Below, in pieces: positions 18,677-28,736 of a stretch of 64,000 nucleotides of DNA (position 1 is the first letter of the stretch; each line of letters starts with the position of its first letter). A model generated the notes under the pieces. It ran no database searches and had not been told where the DNA came from. It saw nothing but the letters and a program-made list of their open reading frames with translations. The DNA comes from Myxococcota bacterium (GTDB taxonomy: Bacteria; Myxococcota_A; UBA9160; UBA4427). Made by a program: the position numbers and the translations under genes. The stretch lies in assembly GCA_036336835.1 (NCBI GenBank), contig JAYZFK010000062.1, positions 219,822 to 283,821 of the forward strand. Direction: 5' to 3'.

Positions 18677-20095
18677 ATGAGTACTCCCAAGAAGGCACTC
18701 GAATTGGCCAAGAAGGAAGGCGCGGTCATGGTCGACCTGCGCTTCACCGACTGGCCCGGTACGTGGCAGCACTGTTCGTTCCCGATCAGCGAGATCGATG
18801 AGGGCACGTTCGAGGACGGGATGGGCTTCGACGGCTCATCGATCCGCGGATGGCAGGCAATCAACGAGAGCGACATGCTGATGGTTCCGGATGCCTCCAC
18901 GGCGTTCATGGATCCCTTCTACAAGCACCCGACCCTCGTGATGTACTGCGACATCGTCGATCCCATCACCAGGGAGCCCTATCACCGCGACCCGCGGCAG
19001 ATCGCCAAGAAAGCCGAGGCCTATCTGAAGCAGACGGGCGTCGGTGACACCATCTACATGGGGCCCGAGGCCGAGTTCTTCATCTTCGACGACGTACGCT
19101 TCAGTACTGCGCCGCAGCACGGCTACTACTACGTCGACTCGGAAGAGGCCTCGTGGAATACCGGTCGCGACGAGGGCGGTAGCAACCTCGGCTACAAGCC
19201 GCGCTCCCAGGAAGGCTATTTCCCGGCGCCGCCGCTCGATCACTACCAGGATCTGCGGACGGAGATGGTGCTCGAGCTGCAGAAGCAGGGGATCATCGTC
19301 GAGGCACAGCACCACGAGGTGGCGACGGCCGGTCAGGCCGAGATCGACATGCGCTTCGCGCCGTTGCTCCAGATGGCTGACCAGCTGGTGCTGTACAAGT
19401 ACATCCTCAAGAACGTCGCCGTCCGCAACGGCAAGACAGTGACGTTCATGCCGAAGCCGGTGTTCGAGGGCAACGGCTCGGGCATGCACACGCACCAGTC
19501 GATCTGGAAGGGTGGCGATCCGCTGTTTGCGGGCGACGGCTACGCCGGCTTCAGCGAGCTCGGCCTGCACTACACGGGCGGCATCCTGAAGCACTCGCGG
19601 TCGCTTGCGGCGTTCACCAACCCGACCACCAACTCGTACAAGCGCTTGACGCCGGGCTACGAAGCCCCGGTCAATCTGGCGCTGTCGAGCCGCAACCGGT
19701 CGGCGGCCTGCCGCATTCCCATGTACTCGCAGAGTCCAAAGGCCAAGCGCATCGAGGTCCGCTACCCCGATCCGTCGGCCAATCCGTACCTCGCCTTCTC
19801 GGCGATGATGATGGCCGGGCTCGACGGAGTCCTCAACAAGATCGATCCGGGTGAGCCGCTCGACAAGAACATCTACGCCCTCTCGCCCGAGGAGACCGCC
19901 AAAATCCCGAGTATGCCGTCGAGCCTCGAGGAGGCGCTGGAGTCCCTGCAGGACGACCACGACTTCCTGCTCCAGGGTGGGGTGTTCACCAACGACTCGA
20001 TCGAGAACTGGATCTCGTACAAGCGCGAGGAAGAGGCGAACCCGGTGCGACTGCGGCCGCACCCCCATGAATTCGAGCTCTACTACGACATCTAG
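18677..20095 (+). CDS. glnA: Glutamine synthetase type I
   Basis: [20 protein letters not shown]...NGSGMH, PGYEAP and adenylylation-site NIY motifs. Confidence 0.98.
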   Translation: MSTPKKALELAKKEGAVMVDLRFTDWPGTWQHCSFPISEIDEGTFEDGMGFDGSSIRGWQAINESDMLMVPDASTAFMDPFYKHPTLVMYCDIVDPITREPYHRDPRQIAKKAEAYLKQTGVGDTIYMGPEAEFFIFDDVRFSTAPQHGYYYVDSEEASWNTGRDEGGSNLGYKPRSQEGYFPAPPLDHYQDLRTEMVLELQKQGIIVEAQHHEVATAGQAEIDMRFAPLLQMADQLVLYKYILKNVAVRNGKTVTFMPKPVFEGNGSGMHTHQSIWKGGDPLFAGDGYAGFSELGLHYTGGILKHSRSLAAFTNPTTNSYKRLTPGYEAPVNLALSSRNRSAACRIPMYSQSPKAKRIEVRYPDPSANPYLAFSAMMMAGLDGVLNKIDPGEPLDKNIYALSPEETAKIPSMPSSLEEALESLQDDHDFLLQGGVFTNDSIENWISYKREEEANPVRLRPHPHEFELYYDI

Positions 20096-20115
20096 TTCGG
20101 ACGCGGAACTGCAGT

Positions 20116-20150
20116 GAGAAGCCCCGCTGGCAATGCTGGCGGGGCTTCTC
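20116..20150 (+). terminator. Stem-loop after glnA
   Basis: GAGAAGCCCCGC-N11-GCGGGGCTTCTC, a perfect 12-bp inverted repeat; weak U-tract. Confidence 0.7.
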
Positions 20151-20322
20151 CGCTCCTGGCAGACGGGCGAGAACGACGTCGCGATTCGAGCTGCCGTCTG
20201 TCGATGTGTAGGCCCGACCGAGCTTGGGCGGAACCGGCGCCTCCGATGCAGCGATCCGATGACACTGCAGCGATGCCACTGCACCCCGCGACGCGCGGAC
20301 GGCCGCCACGTGGCGCGGGCGA

Positions 20323-20338
20323 TGGCACGTTGCGTGCA
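20323..20338 (+). promoter_or_regulatory. Sigma54 promoter for the DUF4389 gene
   Basis: TGGCACGTTGCGTGCA (TGGCACG-N4-GTGCA), 41 bp before ATG 20380. Confidence 0.7.
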
Positions 20339-20379
20339 ACACTGTGTGTCCGCGCCCACCAGACCGATGAGGAGAGGAT

Positions 20380-20805
20380 ATGACGAGCCCCGCGCAGACC
20401 AACGACTTCCCGGACACCGGGTCTCACGAGATCGACCGGGGCGAGACGGGCGTTCGCATCTTGTTGACGATCCTGTTTGCGATCGTGCGCGGCGTCGTCG
20501 ACTCCGTGCTGGCTCTGATCGTGATCGTCGAGCTGCTGTGGACCCTGATCACGAAGCAGCCGCCGAGCCCGCGGCTGCGCGAGTTCGCCAACCTCATCGT
20601 GGGCTTCGAGTACCGGATCGGCCGCTACCTGACCTACAACGAGGGCACCGTCCCGTTCCCTTTTTCCGAGTTCCCGCAGGAGATCGAGCCTTCGACCTGG
20701 GGTCCCGATCTGAGTGAGCGCGACGCGCTCGGATTGAGCGATGACTGGAAGGACGCCGACGTCCGCAGTAGCTGGCACGATCGCGACGACGACCCTGCGG
20801 ACTGA
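20380..20805 (+). CDS. DUF4389 family small membrane protein
   Basis: Two TM segments then RLREF...YRIGRYLTYNEGTVPFPF; good SD. Confidence 0.78.
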   Translation: MTSPAQTNDFPDTGSHEIDRGETGVRILLTILFAIVRGVVDSVLALIVIVELLWTLITKQPPSPRLREFANLIVGFEYRIGRYLTYNEGTVPFPFSEFPQEIEPSTWGPDLSERDALGLSDDWKDADVRSSWHDRDDDPAD

Positions 20806-20823
20806 CCGCGGAGCCGGCACCGG

Positions 20824-21387
20824 CTAGGCCCTTCCGCGCGACTCCCCCGTTGCCAGCGCGGCTGCGATCAGGTGGGCGAGTCGCAGGGGCTCGGGCAGCT
20901 CTCCCTTGCGGCGAGCGGCTGCGAGCAGCTTGGCTGCCCGCGCAGGCTCGCTGCCGGCACTCGCCGCGTACAGGTGATCTGTCACGCGAAAGGCGCGAGG
21001 GCTGCGTTCCAGCAGAGCGATGCGGTCCGCCAGCCCCGCGGATTGAAGTGCGTGCTCGAGCTCGCTGCTGCGCGGCGCCTTGCGGGTGACGGAGAGAATC
21101 GGCAGGCCGAGCCGTTGGGAGAGTCTGGGAAGATCCACCACGGCGAGCCCTGCGATCGTGATGCCCCCCAGGACGACCGCCTGCAGTGACGGACGAAAGC
21201 GCAGCGCGCCGACCCAGTCCGCCAGGAAGTCGGCGACGTCGGGACCATCGACGGGAAAGCGCGTCACGGCAATGCCTTCGACCAGGTCGTTGCCCTCCAT
21301 CACGACGCCCACGATCGGGGCTTGCTCGTCCCGCCACTTGTCGAAGGGGCCGTCGTCGATTCCCAGCAGATGGGGGCGGTTGGGCAT
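20824..21387 (-). CDS. DUF99 family (endonuclease V-like/EndoDU) protein
   Basis: LGIDDGPF, GITIAGLAVVD and LPEPLRLAHLIA motifs. Confidence 0.85.
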   Translation of the reverse strand: MPNRPHLLGIDDGPFDKWRDEQAPIVGVVMEGNDLVEGIAVTRFPVDGPDVADFLADWVGALRFRPSLQAVVLGGITIAGLAVVDLPRLSQRLGLPILSVTRKAPRSSELEHALQSAGLADRIALLERSPRAFRVTDHLYAASAGSEPARAAKLLAAARRKGELPEPLRLAHLIAAALATGESRGRA

Positions 21388-21411
21388 GCCGCTGCAGCTC
21401 GGCTCGGGCAA

Positions 21412-22200
21412 TCAGGCGAGCTCGAGCACCTGCTCGATCCCGTAGAGCCCCGCCGGCTTGCCGACCAGCCAGGCCGCGGCGCGCACCGCGCCGCTCGCGA
21501 AGTGGGCGCGGGTGGCCGAACGGTGAGTGAGCTCGAGGCGCTCGCCCGCTCCGATGAACATCACCGTGTGCTCGCCGGGGTTATCGCCCCCGCGCAGCGT
21601 CTGGACGCCGATCGCGCCCTCGGGCCGGGCGCCGGTTTGACCGGCGCGTTCGAGCACCAGGTTTGCCTCGAGGTCGAGAGCCCGCCCCGCCGCCACCGCC
21701 TCGGCGAGCCGCAGTGCGGTACCCGAGGGGGCGTCTCGTTTGGCCGAGTGGTGGAGCTCCAACAGCTCCGCGTCGTAGCCGGGGCCCAGCCTGGACGCGG
21801 CCTCGCGCACCAGCCACGCCAGCAGATTGACTGCCACCGAAAAGTTCGGCGCGTGGATCACCGGGATCCGGCCTGCCAGCGAGGCGAGCTCGGCGCTCTC
21901 GTGTTCACTGAAACCGGTCGTCCCCGTGACGTACGCGATGCCGATGTCGGCTGCGACGCGCAGATTCGCCAGGGTGGCCTCCGGAAGCGAGAAGTCGATG
22001 GCCACGTCGCAGGCGGCGAAGGCTGCCTTGGCGTCGTCTGAGACCAGGATGCCGCCAGCGATTTCGCTGGCCACCCCCGGGTGGCCCCGTGCTTCGAGCG
22101 CCCCCGCCACCACGAGCTCGGGATGTGCGGCGACGGCGGTCTGTACTTCGTGGCCCATCCTGCCGAGGGCGCCGACGACAGCGACGCGGTGCGCGGCCAC
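21412..22200 (-). CDS. dapB: 4-hydroxy-tetrahydrodipicolinate reductase
   Basis: GALGRMG, GTTG and ELHHSAKRDAPSGTA motifs. Confidence 0.96.
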   Translation of the reverse strand: MAAHRVAVVGALGRMGHEVQTAVAAHPELVVAGALEARGHPGVASEIAGGILVSDDAKAAFAACDVAIDFSLPEATLANLRVAADIGIAYVTGTTGFSEHESAELASLAGRIPVIHAPNFSVAVNLLAWLVREAASRLGPGYDAELLELHHSAKRDAPSGTALRLAEAVAAGRALDLEANLVLERAGQTGARPEGAIGVQTLRGGDNPGEHTVMFIGAGERLELTHRSATRAHFASGAVRAAAWLVGKPAGLYGIEQVLELA

Positions 22201-23072
22201 TACAGCCTGCCCAGGTCCGAGAGCACACCGCGAAGCTTGTCCGCGCCCTCTTTCGTGATGCGGGTCATCGGGAGCCGGATCTCATCGCTGATCTTGCCGA
22301 GCATCGCGAGCGCGGCCTTGACCGGAATCGGGTTCGTCTCGCAGAACAGCGCATCGAACACGGGTATCAGCTGGAAGTGGATCTGCCGCGCGCGATCGAC
22401 GTCGCCTCGGCGGAAGGCACTCACCAGCTCCACTATCTCTTCTGGGACGATGTTGCTGCTCGTCGAGATCACGCCCTTGCCGCCGACCGCTAGCAGCGGA
22501 AGCGTCATCGCGTCGTCGCCCGACACCACGGAAAAGTCGGACGGACAGATGCGCACGACCTCTGCGATCTGGGCGATGTCGCCCGACGCTTCCTTGACCC
22601 CGACGATGTACTCGATGCCCGCCAGCGTCTGCTGCGTCCGCGGGGTGAGGTTCGACGCGGTGCGCCCCGGAATGTTGTAGAACACCAACGGGAACGCGGT
22701 CGCCTTGGCGACTGCCTCGTAGTGTTCGATGATGCCGGCCTGGGTCGGCTTGTTGTAGTAGGGCGAGATCAGCAACGCGCCGTCAGCGCCCGCCTCCTTC
22801 GCGTGCTGTGTCAGCTCGATCGCCTCACGCGTATTGTTCGAGCCGGTCCCCGCCACCACGGGCACGCGCCCGGCTGCGGCATCGACCACGATCTCGACCA
22901 CCTGGCGGTGTTCTTCGTGTGACAAAACCGCGCTCTCGCCGGTCGAGCCGCAGGGCACGAGGCCATCGATCCCCGCCCCGATTTGCTCTTCGATCAGCAG
23001 TCGCAGGGCCGGCTCGTCGATCTCGCCCTGCTTGAAGGGCGTGACCAGCGCCGTCAGGACGCCTTCGAACAT
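22200..23072 (-). CDS. dapA: 4-hydroxy-tetrahydrodipicolinate synthase
   Basis: ALVTPF, GSTGE, YNIPGRT, GVKEASG and ETNPIPVK motifs. Confidence 0.97.
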   Translation of the reverse strand: MFEGVLTALVTPFKQGEIDEPALRLLIEEQIGAGIDGLVPCGSTGESAVLSHEEHRQVVEIVVDAAAGRVPVVAGTGSNNTREAIELTQHAKEAGADGALLISPYYNKPTQAGIIEHYEAVAKATAFPLVFYNIPGRTASNLTPRTQQTLAGIEYIVGVKEASGDIAQIAEVVRICPSDFSVVSGDDAMTLPLLAVGGKGVISTSSNIVPEEIVELVSAFRRGDVDRARQIHFQLIPVFDALFCETNPIPVKAALAMLGKISDEIRLPMTRITKEGADKLRGVLSDLGRL

Positions 23073-23944
23073 GCCGTTTCCTCCTCCGAGATGCGGCCGG
23101 TGAAGACTTCCACAGCCGGGCCGGTCATGAACACGTGAGAGTCGTCGGTCTCCCAGACGATCTCGAGCTCGCCGCCGCGCAGCTCGATCGCGACCGTCCG
23201 GTCGACGACTCCCCGCAGCATCGCCGTCACCGCGACCGCGCAAGCACCGCTGCCGCACGCGAGCGTCTCGCCGGTACCGCGCTCCCAGGTGCGCTGTCGG
23301 ATGCGGCTGCGCGACTCGATGCGGATGAACTCCACGTTGACACGGTTCGGAAACGCTTCGTGGTGCTCGATCCTCGGTCCCAACTCATCGACTGGAAAGG
23401 TTTCCGGGTCCGCGACCTCGATCACGCAGTGTGGATTGCCCAGCGAGGCGCAGGAGACGGTGAGGGACTCGTCCGGCTCGCCACCTGTCGAGTCGAACGG
23501 CAGCGGCACGTCGAGCACCGGCCCGTCGCCGGCACTCAGAAGGGTCGGGATCTTGGCGGGTTCGAGCACCGGCAGGCCCATATCGACGCGCACCCGGCCC
23601 GGGCCGGCGCGGCGCGGCACGACGACGCCAGCGAGCGTCTCGACGCGTACCTCGTCGGCATCGGTGTGGCCGCGGGCCCGCAGGAACTCGTAGAAGGCGC
23701 GGATTCCGTTCGCGCACATCTCGACGCGCGAGCCGTCTGCATTGTAGATATCCATCCGAAAATCGGCGTCGGCGTCGGCGCCGGGCGTCGGGCGCTCGAC
23801 CACCAGCACCTGGTCGGCGCCGATTCCGAAGTGGCGGTCGGCGATGCGCCGGCTGAACGCCTCGAGCGGCGGCAGCTGCTGGGCCGTTGCGTCGAGCACC
23901 ACGAAGTCGTTGCCCGCACCGTGGAGCTTGGTGAACTCGATCAT
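23054..23944 (-). CDS. dapF: Diaminopimelate epimerase
   Basis: FTKLHGAGNDF, NADGS..EMCANG, GNPH and ERGTGETLACGSG motifs. Confidence 0.96.
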   Translation of the reverse strand: MIEFTKLHGAGNDFVVLDATAQQLPPLEAFSRRIADRHFGIGADQVLVVERPTPGADADADFRMDIYNADGSRVEMCANGIRAFYEFLRARGHTDADEVRVETLAGVVVPRRAGPGRVRVDMGLPVLEPAKIPTLLSAGDGPVLDVPLPFDSTGGEPDESLTVSCASLGNPHCVIEVADPETFPVDELGPRIEHHEAFPNRVNVEFIRIESRSRIRQRTWERGTGETLACGSGACAVAVTAMLRGVVDRTVAIELRGGELEIVWETDDSHVFMTGPAVEVFTGRISEEETACSKAS

Positions 23945-24102
23945 TGCTCGGACTCCACCGTCTCGGGCTCGTTGCCCTGCTCGGCGGCCGGCTGGCTGGC
24001 CTCGGTCACCTTCGGGTAGCGCTTCGGTGGCCCGTACATGCCGCAGCCTGCTGTCGCGCCGATCAGCCACCCGGCCAGTGCGAGCGCCGCCAGTCGCCGC
24101 AT
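23941..24102 (-). CDS. Small lipoprotein, LptM/YifL-like
   Basis: 53 aa, lipobox TAGC followed by G.YGPP; coupled between argH and dapF, the usual yifL position. Confidence 0.7.
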   Translation of the reverse strand: MRRLAALALAGWLIGATAGCGMYGPPKRYPKVTEASQPAAEQGNEPETVESEQ

Positions 24103-25538
24103 CACCCGGCCTCCTCCGCGTCGAGCTGGTTCAGCCTGGCACTGAGCTCGTTTCGCGTGCGCTCCCACTCCTCGGCCACCCTCGCGCGCGCCGTGCCGCC
24201 GACCAGGCGCCTCGATTCGAAGCTTCCCTCGAGGTCGAGCAGCTCGTCGCAGCCGGCCGGGAAGGCGTCGTGGAAGCCGCGGAGCTCGTCGCGCGACAGC
24301 TGCCGCAGGTCGAGCTCGTGCTCGTTCACGTGCGCGACGATGCGGCCAACGGTCTCGTGGGCTTCGCGGAATGGGACGCCCGCGCGCACCAGCGCCTCGG
24401 CCAGGTCGGTTGCCAGCAGCATCGGGTCGGCTGCGGCCTCGCGCATGCGCTCGACACCGACCCGCAGGGTGGCGATCGCGCCGGCCATTACCGCGAGACT
24501 CGTGCGCAGCGTGTTGGCCGAGTCGAAGATCGGTTCCTTGTCCTCCTGCATGTCGCGGTTATAGGTGAGTGGGAGCCCCTTCATCACCGTCAGCAGCGAC
24601 ACCAGGTTGCCGATCGCGCGCCCCGCCTTGCCGCGCACCAGCTCGGGCACGTCGGGGTTCTTCTTCTGCGGCATCAGGCTCGAGCCGGTCGAGTAGGCGT
24701 CGGCCAGCTCGACGAAGCCGAACTCGCTGCTCGACCAGACCACGAGCTCCTCGGCGAGGCGCGACAGATGCACCATCGCGATCGCCGCCGCCGACAGGAA
24801 CTCGAGCGCGACGTCGCGCGAGGCGACCGCATCCATACTGTTCCGCGTCGGCCCCTCGGAAAACCCCAGCGCCTCTGCGGTGTCCTCGCGATCGAGCGGC
24901 AGCGTCGAGCCGGCGAGTGCGCCGGCACCGAGCGGCGAGTGCCCGAGCCGCGCGCGCAGGTCCGCCATGCGCGCCGAATCGCGCTGGAACATGGCCACGA
25001 ATGCGAGCCAGTGGTGCGCCAGCCGGACTGGCTGGGCGCGCTGCAGGTGCGTGTAGCCCGGCAGCACCGTGTCGAAGTGCTCGCCGGCACGCTCGACGAG
25101 CACCTGCCCGAGCTCGAGCAGGCCCCGTTCGGCTGCGGCCGATGCATCGCGCAGATAGAGCGAGAGATCGGTCGCGACCTGGTCGTTGCGGCTGCGGCCA
25201 GTGTGGAGGCGCCCCGCAGCCGGGCCGATCCGCTCGCGCAGGCGCGACTCGATGTTCATGTGGATGTCTTCGAGCGCCGGGTCGAACGCGAACTCGCCAG
25301 CCTCGATCTCCGCCTCGATCGCCCGCAGCCCGGCCACGATCGCCTCCACGTCCTCCGGGGGGACGAGCTTGGTGCGCCCGAGCATGCGCGCATGGGCGAT
25401 CGAGCCGCGGATGTCGTAGCGGGCGAGCGCCCGATCGAAGTGGATCGAGCTGCTGAAGGCCTCGACGGCCGGGTCGGTCGCTTCGCGGAAGCGTCCCCCC
25501 CACGGCTTGGCGGATTCGTTGCGGCTGCGCTCGGACAT
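24102..25538 (-). CDS. argH: Argininosuccinate lyase
   Basis: WGGRF, EDIH, RSRNDQ, PGYTHLQRAQP and GSSLMPQKKNPD motifs. Confidence 0.98.
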   Translation of the reverse strand: MSERSRNESAKPWGGRFREATDPAVEAFSSSIHFDRALARYDIRGSIAHARMLGRTKLVPPEDVEAIVAGLRAIEAEIEAGEFAFDPALEDIHMNIESRLRERIGPAAGRLHTGRSRNDQVATDLSLYLRDASAAAERGLLELGQVLVERAGEHFDTVLPGYTHLQRAQPVRLAHHWLAFVAMFQRDSARMADLRARLGHSPLGAGALAGSTLPLDREDTAEALGFSEGPTRNSMDAVASRDVALEFLSAAAIAMVHLSRLAEELVVWSSSEFGFVELADAYSTGSSLMPQKKNPDVPELVRGKAGRAIGNLVSLLTVMKGLPLTYNRDMQEDKEPIFDSANTLRTSLAVMAGAIATLRVGVERMREAAADPMLLATDLAEALVRAGVPFREAHETVGRIVAHVNEHELDLRQLSRDELRGFHDAFPAGCDELLDLEGSFESRRLVGGTARARVAEEWERTRNELSARLNQLDAEEAG

Positions 25539-25725
25539 GTCGGTAATCTCGCGACTTTCCGGTCGCTTGCCAAGCCGGGGGGTGTGACGGGCGCCACGCT
25601 GCCAGACGATCGTCCGAACGCTCTGGCAGCAGGGCTGGAACTGCGGGCTAGCCTTGGACTGTCGAATCAGGGGCTCGACGGACTCGTCTCTCCGTCTCTT
25701 CAGTGGCCCTGGGGGGCTCGACCGG

Positions 25726-28182
25726 TTGGCATCGGGTACCGGCAAGAAGACGGGGCGCAAGAAGGCGTCCCGCAAGGCGCCCGCGCGCCCGGCACACGGC
25801 GGGCGCCGTCCTGTGCGTGCGAGGCGCCGGCAAAGGCGCTGGCGCCGCGACCACCTGAGACTCGCGCTGCGGATCGTGGCTGCCCTCGCCTTCGTCGCGG
25901 GCGTGGTCAGCGGGCGTTGGCTGCTGGGTCTCGACCAGACGGTCCGCGAGCGCTTCGAGGGGCGCCGCTTCCGCGTGCCCTCGCGCGTTTTCTCCGCTCC
26001 TACCATTCTCTATCCGGGCTTCAGCGCGCAGCGCTTCGACCTGAAGGGGCAGCTGCTGCGCCGCGGCTACCGCGAGCAGTCCGGCGCGCGCGGGACGCCG
26101 CTCGAGTCGGGCCGCTTCCGTTGGAGTCCGAATCGGGTGCGCGTCCATCTGCGCGCCTTCGAGCACCCGACCCGCTCCGAGCCCGCGCGCGACATCGTGA
26201 TGCGGATCGCGCGAGGGCGTGTCGAGGAGATGCGTGAGCTCCCGCGCGGGCGAGAGGTGGGTGCGGTGCTGCTCGAGCCCGAACAGGTGGGTGCCTTCTA
26301 CGGCAGTAGTCGCGAGCAGCGCGATCTGGTGCGGCTCGAAGACGTCCCGCCGCACCTGACCGATGCCATCCTCGCGGTCGAGGACCGGCGGTTCGAGTCG
26401 CACGTCGGGATCGACCCGGTGCGCATTGCCGGGGCGATGGTCGCCAATTTCCGGGCTGGTGGGATCACGCAAGGCGGCAGCACGCTCACCCAGCAGCTGG
26501 TGAAGAACTTCTTTCTCACGCCCGAGCGCACACTGCGCCGCAAGCTGACCGAGGCGGTGATGGCGCTGCTGGTCGAGGTCCGATACGACAAGCCGGCGAT
26601 CCTGCAGGCCTACCTGAACGAGATCTACCTGGGCCGGCGCGGCTCGACGTCGGTCCACGGTGTGGGCGAGGCCTCGCGGTTCCTGTTCGGCAAGCGTGCT
26701 GCCGACCTCACGGTGTCCGAGTCGGCGCTGATTGCCGCGATCATCCAGAGCCCCAACCGGCTATCGCCGCACCGCAATCCGACCGTCGCGACACAGCGGC
26801 GCAACCTCGTGCTGCAGCTGATGCGCGAGCAGGAACGGATCGACTCGGCGACCCTCGCCGAGGCCGAGGCCGAGCCCCTCGGTGTGGCAGACATCGCCAT
26901 CGACCCCGGCGACGCGCGCTACTTCCTCGATCTGCTGCGGCGCCAGCTGCCGGAGGTGTACGACAGTCAGGTGCTCGAGGCCGAGGGCCTGCGCATCTAC
27001 TCGACGCTCGATCTGAGGTTGCAGCGCGCAGCCGCTCGGGCGCTCGAGAATGGGCTGACGGCGCTCGAGCGTGACTTCCCAGGGGTGAGGAGCGAGGACC
27101 CGGCGGACCGGCTGCAGGGCTGCGTACTGGCCTTGCGGCCCCAGACGGGAGAGATCCTGGCGCTCGTCGGCGGCCGAGACTACGGGCTCTCGCAGTTCGA
27201 CCGCTGTGCCCAGGCCCGCCGTCAAACCGGCAGCGTGTTCAAACCCTTCGTCTACGCCGCAGCACTCGACGCGAGTGCGGGCATACCCCACATCACGCTC
27301 GCCTCCTTCATCGAGGACGGGCCGCTCGAGGTCCAGACTCCTGCTGGGCCGTGGCGCCCCGAGAACTTCGACAAGAAGTTCCACGGCCGAGTCCCAGTCC
27401 GCGAGGCGATCGAACGCTCGATGAACGTCGCTGCCGCGCGCCTCGGCCAGGAGGTCGGGATCGATCAGGTCGTGGCCATGGCGCGTCGACTCGGGGTCAC
27501 GAGCAAGCTCCCGCGGGTGCCCAGCCTCGCCCTCGGCACGGCCGAGCTGTCGCCGCTCGAGGTCGCCCGCGCCTACGCGACGCTGGCCAACGGCGGCCAG
27601 CGCCCCTGGCCCCACGCCCTCGAGGATGTCGTCGCTCCCGACGTTGGCACGCTGGATCGCCGCGAGCTGCGGTTCGAGCGCACGATCGACCCGGGGACTG
27701 CGTTCCTGACGACCGAGCTGCTGCGAGGTGTGGTCGACCGCGGTACCGCCCGCCGCATTCGCGCCATGGGGATGGAAGGTTCGATCGCCGGTAAGACGGG
27801 AACCACCGACGACGAGCGCGATCTGTGGTTCGTCGGCTTCACGCCGGAGCTGGTGACGGTCGTCTGGGTGGGCTTCGATCAGCCGCGTTCCGTCGGGATC
27901 TCGAGCAGCCGCGCCGCGATCCCGATCTGGGTCGACTTCGTGAGCGAGGCGGTGGGCAAGCGCGTACGCGGGGTGTTTCCGCGGCCGCACGAGGTGCAGG
28001 CGTTCGCGATCGATCCGCGCAGTGGTGCGCTCGCGGCGGCGAGTTGTCCCAGCAGCCGGCGCGAGTACTTCCTCGCCGGAACCGAGCCGCGCGACATCTG
28101 CACTTTCGGCGGTGTGCGTCGCGCGGGCGACGCGCATCCGCGTCGTCGCCGCGGCATACTGGACTGGCTCAGGGGCCGATAG
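25726..28182 (+). CDS. mrcB: Penicillin-binding protein 1B (UB2H + transglycosylase + transpeptidase)
   Basis: Basic tail, TM helix, UB2H-like region, EDRRF, GGSTLTQQLVKN, SVFK, SMN and KTG motifs. Start uncertain (TTG 25726 or 25654). Confidence 0.93.
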   Translation: MASGTGKKTGRKKASRKAPARPAHGGRRPVRARRRQRRWRRDHLRLALRIVAALAFVAGVVSGRWLLGLDQTVRERFEGRRFRVPSRVFSAPTILYPGFSAQRFDLKGQLLRRGYREQSGARGTPLESGRFRWSPNRVRVHLRAFEHPTRSEPARDIVMRIARGRVEEMRELPRGREVGAVLLEPEQVGAFYGSSREQRDLVRLEDVPPHLTDAILAVEDRRFESHVGIDPVRIAGAMVANFRAGGITQGGSTLTQQLVKNFFLTPERTLRRKLTEAVMALLVEVRYDKPAILQAYLNEIYLGRRGSTSVHGVGEASRFLFGKRAADLTVSESALIAAIIQSPNRLSPHRNPTVATQRRNLVLQLMREQERIDSATLAEAEAEPLGVADIAIDPGDARYFLDLLRRQLPEVYDSQVLEAEGLRIYSTLDLRLQRAAARALENGLTALERDFPGVRSEDPADRLQGCVLALRPQTGEILALVGGRDYGLSQFDRCAQARRQTGSVFKPFVYAAALDASAGIPHITLASFIEDGPLEVQTPAGPWRPENFDKKFHGRVPVREAIERSMNVAAARLGQEVGIDQVVAMARRLGVTSKLPRVPSLALGTAELSPLEVARAYATLANGGQRPWPHALEDVVAPDVGTLDRRELRFERTIDPGTAFLTTELLRGVVDRGTARRIRAMGMEGSIAGKTGTTDDERDLWFVGFTPELVTVVWVGFDQPRSVGISSSRAAIPIWVDFVSEAVGKRVRGVFPRPHEVQAFAIDPRSGALAAASCPSSRREYFLAGTEPRDICTFGGVRRAGDAHPRRRRGILDWLRGR

Positions 28183-28202
28183 TCCAGCCCGTCGGAGAGG
28201 AG

Positions 28203-28736
28203 ATGCCTGGCACGCCGCGGCGCAGCCGATTTCGATCCACAGAGGCGATCCTGCTCGTCGTTCTCGGAGCGTTGTCTGGCGCGTGCGCCGCGTTGCCGGG
28301 TGCGCCGGGACGCGATCCTATCCATATCAGCGAACTCGTCGATCAGGGTGACCCCGTGCGTCGCGCATCTCAGCGGCTGCTGGTCGAGGGGCTCGAAGCC
28401 GACGCCGCAGGAGCGGACGCGCGGGCCAAGGGACGCTATGAGCGAGCAATCCAGCTCGACCCCACGAATCCCTACGCCTATCTGACCTTCGCCCGATTCG
28501 AGGTCGAGCGGCGGCGGGCGACCCAGGCGCGCGCCTGGCTCGACCAGACGTATGCACTGTTCGATGCGGCGGGCGGTCTGCCCTCCCGGGTCGAGGCGCA
28601 TGTCATCGGGCTCGGTGGTGCGGTGGAGGCGATCCGAGGCAACCGGACGGACGCAGCGCGAGATCTCGAGCGAGCGCGCCGGCTGGCACCCGTCGTGTGG
28701 GGCGATGCCTATCTCAGCGCTGAGGAGCTGCTGTGA
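28203..28736 (+). CDS. TPR-containing putative lipoprotein (LpoP-like)
   Basis: Hydrophobic segment + SGAC lipobox-like; TPR YERAIQLDPTNPYAY; directly after mrcB. Confidence 0.65.
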   Translation: MPGTPRRSRFRSTEAILLVVLGALSGACAALPGAPGRDPIHISELVDQGDPVRRASQRLLVEGLEADAAGADARAKGRYERAIQLDPTNPYAYLTFARFEVERRRATQARAWLDQTYALFDAAGGLPSRVEAHVIGLGGAVEAIRGNRTDAARDLERARRLAPVVWGDAYLSAEELL

